In this document: positions 57,869 through 64,000 of the stretch, in pieces | Position numbering within the stretch: the first letter of the stretch is position 1 | Layout of the letters: the number at the start of each line of letters is the position of its first letter | Assembly (NCBI GenBank): GCA_951812955.1 | Contig: OX638340.1 | Coordinates: 1,376,001 to 1,440,000, forward strand | Origin: an uncultured Gemmatimonadota bacterium | GTDB lineage: Bacteria > JAAXHH01 | Direction: 5' to 3' | DNA length: 64,000 nucleotides | The notes under the pieces: model-generated | What the model was told of the DNA's origin: nothing | What the model saw: the letters and a program-made list of their open reading frames with translations, nothing else | Databases searched by the model: none | Position numbers and translations under genes: made by a program

Positions 57869-60298
57869 TCACCATCTCAGGGGTTGTTGCCATGCTTCTT
57901 TCAGGGTTGTCAGGTCCGTCGACACGATTTCAGCGCCCCGCAGCCCGCGCACGAGAAAACGGTCGTCCCCGCTGACGGTCCCAGCGCGTCCGAAGGGGCT
58001 TCCTTCCATCTGTGCTTCGAAGTCGGCCTCCCGGCCCACGGGAACCTCCACCACGAAGCGGCTGTTCGATTCGGAGAACAGGACGGTGTCGTCGCGGTCC
58101 GCGTCCGGGTCCCGCGGGACGGCATCGAGATCCAGGGACATGCCGAATCCGCCCGCGAAGGCCATTTCCGCCGCGGCCACGGCAAGGCCGCCCTCGGAGC
58201 AGTCGTGACAGGAGGCCACGAGTCCCCGCGATATGGCCCCGTGCAGCCGGCTCATGTTCCCGCTCCCGGCGGCCGCGTCCACGGTCGGCACGTTCCGTCC
58301 GATGAATCCGAGCATGCGGTAGTACCGGGAACCGCCCAGTTCATCGCGCGTGCGCCCGACGATGTAGACGCTGTTTCCCGGCGCCTTGGCATCCATGCTC
58401 ACCGCCCGGCGCACGTCGTCCATCACGCAGATGGCCGAAATGAGCAGCGTGGGCGGTATGGCGATGGTCCGTTCGCCGTCGGAGAATTCGTTGTAGAAGC
58501 TGTCCTTCCCCGAGATGAAAGGCGTGCCGTAGGCGACCGCGAAGTCGTAACAGGCCCGTGCCGCGCGGACCAGCGCGGCGAGCCGGTCCGGCTTGTCCGG
58601 ATTCCCCCAGCAGAAGTTGTCCAGCAGCACGGTTTGTTCGATACTGCCCCCGACGCTGGTGATCTGCCGGAGCGCTTCGTCGATGGCGGAAGCCGCCATC
58701 CAGTACGGATCGATGTCGGCATAGGAGGGATTGATGCCGTTGGCCACGGCGACGCCCTTGTCCGATGTCAGCACGGGACGCACGACCGCCGCGTCCCCTG
58801 GTCCATCGTTCCGGACGCCCTGCAGGGGCTTGAGCACGCTTCCGCCCTGTACCTCGTGGTCGTATTGCCGGACGACCCATTCCTTGCTCGCCACATTCCA
58901 GGACGACAGCAGACGGGTCAGGCTGGTCGCGGGATCGGGACGGTCCGTTTCAGATGGTTCGGGATGTGCGGACGGGTCCCAACGGGCCTGCCGGACGATG
59001 CGCGGCACCCCCCCGTGCAGGAATTCCATGTCCAGGTCTGCGACGGTGGACCGCTCCGCCTCCGGACCGGGCCTATGTGTGACGCTCAACCGCCCGTCGC
59101 CGGTGAATTTGCCGATCTCGGAGACTTCCACGTCCTCTTCGGCGCAGAGCGCGCGCAGGGCTTCCATGTGCTCGGGCGGGACGGCCAGGATCATGCGTTC
59201 CTGGGATTCCGAGAGAAAGATCTCCCACGGTTTCAACCCGCCGTATTTCAGGGGCGCCTTTTCCAGGTGCACTTCCGCGCCCGTGGCCTGTCCCATTTCA
59301 CCGATGGCCGACGAGAACCCGCCCGCGCCGCAGTCGGTGATGTTCCGGTAGAGCTTGCGGTCCCGTGCCTGCACCAGGACGTCGAGGATCTTCTTCTCCT
59401 CGATGGGGTTGCCGATTTGTACGGCCTGGGTGGCGGTGGATTCCGAGGACTCGTTCAGCTCGACGGACGAAAACGTTGCCCCGTGGATCCCGTCTCGGCC
59501 CGTCCTTCCGCCGATGGTGACGATGAAATCCCCCGGTTCGACCGATTTCTCGCACCGATCGACCGGGATCACGGCCGCCGTGCCGCAGTAAACCAGGGGA
59601 TTCCCCAGATACCGCTCGTCGAACAGGATGGCCCCGTTGACGGTCGGTATGCCCATGCGGTTGCCGTAGTCCCGGACACCGGCCACGACGCCCTTGAAGA
59701 CGCGCTTCGGATGCAATACGCCTTCTGGCAGTTCACTGTAGGGGAAGTCGGGCGGCGCGAAGCAGAATACGTCCGTATTGAAAATGGGCTTTCCGCCCAG
59801 GCCCGTCCCGAGCGGATCGCGAATGACCCCGCCGATACCCGTATTCGCGCCGCCGTAAGGGTCCAGCGCGGAAGGGTGGTTATGTGTCTCCACCTTGAAA
59901 ACGAGATGAAAATCGTCGTCGAACTCGATGATCCCCGCATTGTCGACGAACACGGACACGCACTGGTCGCGCGCGCCCTTGGCGCGGCGGATATCCTCGG
60001 TCGCCTTCCTGATGGAGCGGGCGAAGAGGTTGTCGATGCGCTCAGTCTTCCTGCCCGAGACGTAATCTATGACCCCGTTGAAGACCTTGTGCTTGCAGTG
60101 CTCGGACCAGGTCTGGGCCAGCGTCTCCAATTCGACGTCCGTCGGGTCGCGGCCGATCGCGTTGAAATGGCGCCGGATCGACCTCATCTCCTCCAGATTG
60201 AGGGCCAGCATGCCATCGCGGCTCAGCCGCATCATTTCATCGTCGGTCGCCTTCAGCAGGGGAAGAGTCTCTACCTTGTCGTCGGCCTCGAAGGTCAT
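57869..60298 (-). CDS. purL: Phosphoribosylformylglycinamidine synthase subunit II
   Basis: Start at MTFEADDKVETL (60298). AIRS/PurM-like domain repeats (…VETHNHPSALDPYGGANTGIGG…). The ORF-track 5' extension to 60520 is shadow. Overlaps the purS stop by 4 nt. Confidence 0.9.
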   Translation of the reverse strand: MTFEADDKVETLPLLKATDDEMMRLSRDGMLALNLEEMRSIRRHFNAIGRDPTDVELETLAQTWSEHCKHKVFNGVIDYVSGRKTERIDNLFARSIRKATEDIRRAKGARDQCVSVFVDNAGIIEFDDDFHLVFKVETHNHPSALDPYGGANTGIGGVIRDPLGTGLGGKPIFNTDVFCFAPPDFPYSELPEGVLHPKRVFKGVVAGVRDYGNRMGIPTVNGAILFDERYLGNPLVYCGTAAVIPVDRCEKSVEPGDFIVTIGGRTGRDGIHGATFSSVELNESSESTATQAVQIGNPIEEKKILDVLVQARDRKLYRNITDCGAGGFSSAIGEMGQATGAEVHLEKAPLKYGGLKPWEIFLSESQERMILAVPPEHMEALRALCAEEDVEVSEIGKFTGDGRLSVTHRPGPEAERSTVADLDMEFLHGGVPRIVRQARWDPSAHPEPSETDRPDPATSLTRLLSSWNVASKEWVVRQYDHEVQGGSVLKPLQGVRNDGPGDAAVVRPVLTSDKGVAVANGINPSYADIDPYWMAASAIDEALRQITSVGGSIEQTVLLDNFCWGNPDKPDRLAALVRAARACYDFAVAYGTPFISGKDSFYNEFSDGERTIAIPPTLLISAICVMDDVRRAVSMDAKAPGNSVYIVGRTRDELGGSRYYRMLGFIGRNVPTVDAAAGSGNMSRLHGAISRGLVASCHDCSEGGLAVAAAEMAFAGGFGMSLDLDAVPRDPDADRDDTVLFSESNSRFVVEVPVGREADFEAQMEGSPFGRAGTVSGDDRFLVRGLRGAEIVSTDLTTLKEAWQQPLRW

Positions 60299-60783
60299 TT
60301 GCCCCCTTCGTAGCATGCGTATCTTTCGATCACGTCGTTGGCCAGCAACCGCCGGCATATGGTGTCGATCTGCGACCGGACGAGCTGGCCCGCCAGGATA
60401 TACCCCCGTCCCGTTTCCACCGATTCTATCCCCGCGACGCCCAGGTCGCGGCTGCCCTTCAGGGCCGTTTCGCCCACGGCGTCGGTTACCCCCCGCCGGA
60501 ACCATACTTCCACGCCCCATTCTCCCGGGACGGCAGGAAGGCCCTCGGCGGCCATTTCAAGATGGTCCTGTGTGACTGGGTCGGCAAGCAGTCCCGTGGT
60601 GATCCGGTCCAGTTCGTCGCTTGACAACGCGCCGCGGAGCGCGTATAGCCGGACGTGCCGAACGCGCTCGATCCCGTTGATGCCCAGGTCGAGGATATCG
60701 CCGCGGAGACCTTCGCCCACCGCGTCCACCACGTCTGCCTTATTCACGACGGCAATGCGCCATGTCTTCGAGTCCGCCGCCAT
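60295..60783 (-). CDS. purS: Tandem-duplicated PurS (PurS-PurS fusion), FGAM synthase PurS component
   Basis: Start at MAADSKTWRIAVV. Two ~80-aa PurS-like repeats, each ending in an LLA[DN]xV motif (…GLLADPVTQDH…, …RLLANDVIERY). Confidence 0.6.
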   Translation of the reverse strand: MAADSKTWRIAVVNKADVVDAVGEGLRGDILDLGINGIERVRHVRLYALRGALSSDELDRITTGLLADPVTQDHLEMAAEGLPAVPGEWGVEVWFRRGVTDAVGETALKGSRDLGVAGIESVETGRGYILAGQLVRSQIDTICRRLLANDVIERYACYEGGK

Positions 60784-61314
60784 CCGCTGTTTCCTTCGCG
60801 GAGAAGGATCTCCTGTCAAAGGGTCCACGTCCGATTTCGAGAGTGCCAATTTATCCACGGGGCCTTCCCCTGTCAATCCTAAAGGGAAAACACTTGACTC
60901 GACGGGCTTTTCGGTATATTTTGATTACACTGGGAACAGATACCCGGGCAGAGCCATGTCGTCGGCCCGTGCATGTTGGATTCCGGCTGGACGAGATGAT
61001 ATTCCTACCCGGTTCCCGCTGTCTCAGCAACGACGCAATTCCAGTCTTTTAGAACGCGCACCGGAATGTCCTTTCCATCTGTCCGAACGATGTTGTCTTT
61101 GCTGCTCGCACATTCTCGACAGGGTCCTGTATGGCACGCATCGTTTGGCTCACCGTTCATACCACTATGGATCGATTTGCAACGGGAACCGGATCCGCAT
61201 AGACCGGGCGGAGGGGAAATGACGCGTGTTGCGTATGGCGCGGAGGGGAGGTGAGGCAAGATCGGCACATCTTATAAAGAGTCCTATGGCAACGGGGCGA
61301 GATACGAACAGGCG

Positions 61315-62136
61315 TTGTACCGCTACCTGGCCGAGATGTCCAAGTATCCGCTGATTACGGCCGATGAGGAAGTACGGCTGGCACGCCTGATCAAGCAGGG
61401 CGACCAGGATGCCCTGGACAAGCTGGTGAAGGCCAATCTCAGGTTCGTTGTCAGCGTGGCCCGGCAGTACCAGAACTACGGCCTGCCCCTGCTGGACATG
61501 ATCAACGAAGGCAACATGGGCCTGATGCGGGCCGCCAAGAAGTTCGACGAGACCAGGGGATACAAGTTTATCTCCTATGCCGTCTGGTGGATACGCCAGG
61601 CCATCATTCAGTCCATAGCCAATCAGTCGAGGACCGTACGCGTTCCCGTCAACCGTTCCGAGGAACTACGCCGAATCAAGCAGACCTCCAAGCATTTGCA
61701 GCACGAACTCGGCCGCAAACCCGAAATCGATGAAATCGCCCAGGAAATGGATATCTCGGTCGAGGAAATCAACGAGGCCCTCAGTTCATTCAGTCACTGC
61801 GTATCCCTCGACGTTCCCTTCAATCACGACGACGACCGCAGCCTCCTCGACCTCCTGCCCGATGAAATGCAGACGGCGCCGGACGAGAACACCATGCTGC
61901 AGTTCCTGAAATCGGACGTCGGCAAGGTACTGGACACCCTTCCGGACCGCGAGTCGGAAGTAATCCGCCTGTACTTCGGCGTAGGGTCGGAAAGAGCCCA
62001 CACGCTCGAGGAAATCGGCATTCGTTTCGGCCTGACGCGGGAACGTATACGCCAGATCAAGGAACGGGCGCTGCAACGCCTGCGCCACGCGACCCGCAGC
62101 GGAAAGCTCAGTCCCTACCTTCGGGACGACGACTGA
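61315..62136 (+). CDS. rpoD: Primary-type sigma-70 factor (RpoD/SigA), short form lacking region 1.1
   Basis: 273 aa with a TTG start. Regions 2-4 are present (…FVVSVARQYQNYGLPLLDMINEGNMGLMRAAKKFDETRGYKFISYAVWWIRQAI…, region 4.2 …TLEEIGIRFGLTRERIRQIKERAL…). Confidence 0.85.
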   Translation: MYRYLAEMSKYPLITADEEVRLARLIKQGDQDALDKLVKANLRFVVSVARQYQNYGLPLLDMINEGNMGLMRAAKKFDETRGYKFISYAVWWIRQAIIQSIANQSRTVRVPVNRSEELRRIKQTSKHLQHELGRKPEIDEIAQEMDISVEEINEALSSFSHCVSLDVPFNHDDDRSLLDLLPDEMQTAPDENTMLQFLKSDVGKVLDTLPDRESEVIRLYFGVGSERAHTLEEIGIRFGLTRERIRQIKERALQRLRHATRSGKLSPYLRDDD

Positions 62137-62163
62137 GCGTGCGTTGCGCTTTGCATACAACAA

Positions 62164-62196
62164 CCCCGGTGCGCCTTCGCATGCCGGGGTTTTTTC
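62164..62196 (+). terminator. Rho-independent terminator downstream of rpoD
   Basis: CCCCGGTGCG-cctt-CGCATGCCGGGG stem-loop followed by TTTTTTC. Confidence 0.6.
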
Positions 62197-62335
62197 ATGA
62201 GATACGGGACCTGAACCCGGCCGTTCCGGCGCCAAGAAAAGAGTTGTTCCAGACCGGTAACGTCCTTAAGTTTCATGGTTGGAATATAACCGGAACGAGT
62301 GCGCCCCCAAGGCGCCGAACGAAGGATCAGAGACC

Positions 62336-64000
62336 ATGTTCACCCGGATCAAGAACCTGATCGCCAGTTCTTTCGGGACCAAGCACGACCGGGACGTCAA
62401 GCGGATGGAACCGGTCGTCGAGGCCGTCAATGAATGGGCCGACGAATACCGGACGCTCGACGAGGACCAATTCCCCGAGAAGACGCACGAATTCCGGTCC
62501 AGGTGGGAGGACGGCGAAACGCTGGACGAAATCCTGCCCGAAGCCTTTGGGCTGGTTAAGGAAGCCTGCAGGCGCATGATCGGCAAGTCGTGGGTCGTCC
62601 CCGGCCAGGGTGAGATGGTGTGGGACATGACGCCCTACGACGTGCAGATCATTGGCGGGATCGTGCTCCACGAGGGCAAAATCGCCGAGATGGCGACGGG
62701 AGAGGGCAAGACGCTCGTGGCCCTCTTTCCCATGTATCTCAACGGTCTGACCGGACGCGGCGCCCACCTGGTGACGCACAACGAGTTCCTTGCCAATCGC
62801 GACCGGGCCTGGATGGGACCGGTCTTCGAGTTCCTGGGGCTCACGGTCGAATGTCTCGAGAACAACGATCCCGACATGGACCGCAAGAAGTCCGGCTACC
62901 TGGCGGACGTGACTTACGGGACCACCAATGAGTTCGGTTTCGACTACCTCCGGGACAACATGAAATGGCGCATTGAGGACCGCGTGCAGCGCGGGCACTC
63001 TTACGCGATCGTGGACGAGGTGGATTCCATCCTGATCGACGAAGCGCGCACACCCCTCATCATCGCGGGCCAGGTGAGCGAATCGAACAGCGGGAAATAC
63101 GCCGAATCGCTGCCGGACGTGCAGAAGCTCATACGCGCCCAGACCCGCTTCGCGGCGAAGATCATCGCGGAGGCGGAAGCGCTGCTGGATAACGAGGAAG
63201 ACGACTACAGCGCCGGAATCAGGCTGCTGCAGGCGCAGCGTGGCATGCCGAAGAACAAGAAACTCCTGAAGCTGCAGCAGGAACCCGGCATCAAGAAGCT
63301 CATCCAGCAGGTGGAGGGGGATTATATCCGGGAAAAGCGCATGCCGCAACTGGACGACGATCTTTTCTTCACGGTCGATGAAAAGACCCGCCACACCGAG
63401 GTCAACGAGAAGGGCCGGGAGCTCCTGTCTCCGGGTGAACAGGAACTCTTCATCATACCCGATCTCAGCGAAGGCATCGTGGAAATCGATTCGGACGCGG
63501 ACCTGACCGAACAGCAGAAAATCGACAAGAAGACCGAGCTGGAGAAACTCTACTCCGAGCGCAGCGAACGCATCCACAACATGCACCAGCTGCTCCAGGC
63601 CTACGCGATCTACGAGAAAGACATCGATTACGTCATCGAGAACGGGAAGGTAGTACTGGTCGACACGTTCACAGGCCGTCTGATGTACGGAAGAAGACTG
63701 GCCGAAGGCCTTCACCAGGCTATCGAGGCCAAGGAAGGCGTGAAGATCGAGCAGGAGACGCGCACCGTCGCCTCCATCACCATCCAGAATTACTTCAGAA
63801 TGTACGAGAAGCTGGCGGGGATGACCGGAACGGCCGTCACGGAAGCGAGCGAGTTCTTCGCGATCTACAAGATGGACGTGGTGGAAATTCCGACCAACAA
63901 GCCGGTGCAGCGAACGGACTACCAGGATGTCGTCTTCCGTACCCGTCGGGAAAAGTATAACGCGGTCCTGGACGAAATCGAAGAACTGAACGAGCAACGC
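62336..64000 (+). CDS. secA: Preprotein translocase ATPase SecA, 5' partial; it continues beyond the window end
   Basis: ATG at 62336 after an AAGGA RBS. Translation MFTRIKNLIASSFGTKHDRDVKRMEP…DVQIIGGIVLHEGKIAEMATGEGKTLVA… is the canonical SecA DEAD-motor N-terminus. There is no stop, so it is absent from the ORF track; the antisense ORF 62327-63997 is its shadow. Confidence 0.9.
   Translation, partial: MFTRIKNLIASSFGTKHDRDVKRMEPVVEAVNEWADEYRTLDEDQFPEKTHEFRSRWEDGETLDEILPEAFGLVKEACRRMIGKSWVVPGQGEMVWDMTPYDVQIIGGIVLHEGKIAEMATGEGKTLVALFPMYLNGLTGRGAHLVTHNEFLANRDRAWMGPVFEFLGLTVECLENNDPDMDRKKSGYLADVTYGTTNEFGFDYLRDNMKWRIEDRVQRGHSYAIVDEVDSILIDEARTPLIIAGQVSESNSGKYAESLPDVQKLIRAQTRFAAKIIAEAEALLDNEEDDYSAGIRLLQAQRGMPKNKKLLKLQQEPGIKKLIQQVEGDYIREKRMPQLDDDLFFTVDEKTRHTEVNEKGRELLSPGEQELFIIPDLSEGIVEIDSDADLTEQQKIDKKTELEKLYSERSERIHNMHQLLQAYAIYEKDIDYVIENGKVVLVDTFTGRLMYGRRLAEGLHQAIEAKEGVKIEQETRTVASITIQNYFRMYEKLAGMTGTAVTEASEFFAIYKMDVVEIPTNKPVQRTDYQDVVFRTRREKYNAVLDEIEELNEQR

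Noticed and set aside
57656-60313. 885-aa plus-strand ORF opposite purL and purQ
   Set aside because: Shadow ORF. The Pro/Arg/Gly-rich translation has no motifs, while the minus strand encodes canonical PurL.
61005-61268. 87-aa Cys-rich minus-strand ORF in the purS-rpoD intergenic region
   Set aside because: No RBS, no family resemblance, and it lies within a probable promoter/5'-UTR region. It is kept only as a low-probability small-protein candidate.
62327-63997. 556-aa minus-strand ORF
   Set aside because: Antisense to the secA 5' region. The plus-strand translation gives the unmistakable SecA N-terminus.

Overview
High-GC (~65%) chromosomal segment of a Gram-negative bacterium, dominated by housekeeping genes with many shadow ORFs on the opposite strand. 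A T9SS-type C-terminal sorting domain on an S8 protease and a short RpoD lacking region 1.1 suggest the FCB superphylum; this is an inference.

Housekeeping content: lpxB, a DUF374 acyltransferase and a fused waaA-lpxK gene; guaA; sseA; smc; coaE; a lolA-like–rimO–bamD–nadD operon; recJ; meaB with a standalone B12-binding subunit; a Rieske / cytochrome b / pentaheme cytochrome c operon; ilvE; two sigma-54 enhancer-binding proteins; trxA; ftsY; mrp/erpA; purS-purL-purQ; rpoD; and the 5' part of secA. An RNase P RNA gene (rnpB) lies on the minus strand at ~28858-29252; it cannot appear in the ORF track and is covered only by spurious ORFs there.

Two sharply AT-rich (~35-40% GC) insertions interrupt the backbone:
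1. 10838-14686 carries a complete two-gene Gabija-type anti-phage module. GajA is an OLD-family ABC ATPase with a TOPRIM nuclease domain, and GajB is a UvrD-like SF1 helicase; the two are translationally coupled by an ATGA overlap.
2. 46250-48990, between trxA and ftsY, has an ~850-bp ORF-free leader followed by three tightly packed small genes. All three end in paralogous winged-helix-like segments and have no recognisable enzymatic domain. This is a candidate uncharacterised accessory, defense or regulatory module.

The window also holds several GC-rich tandem minisatellites: 18-nt x7, 18-nt x6, 49-nt x3 and 27-nt x3. Most sit in promoter-proximal intergenic DNA, and the 27-nt array lies inside bamD. 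Other points of note are a standalone FtsK_4TM-like membrane protein, a standalone XPB-type helicase-associated-domain protein, a tandem PurS-PurS fusion, and an orphan bidirectional terminator hairpin.
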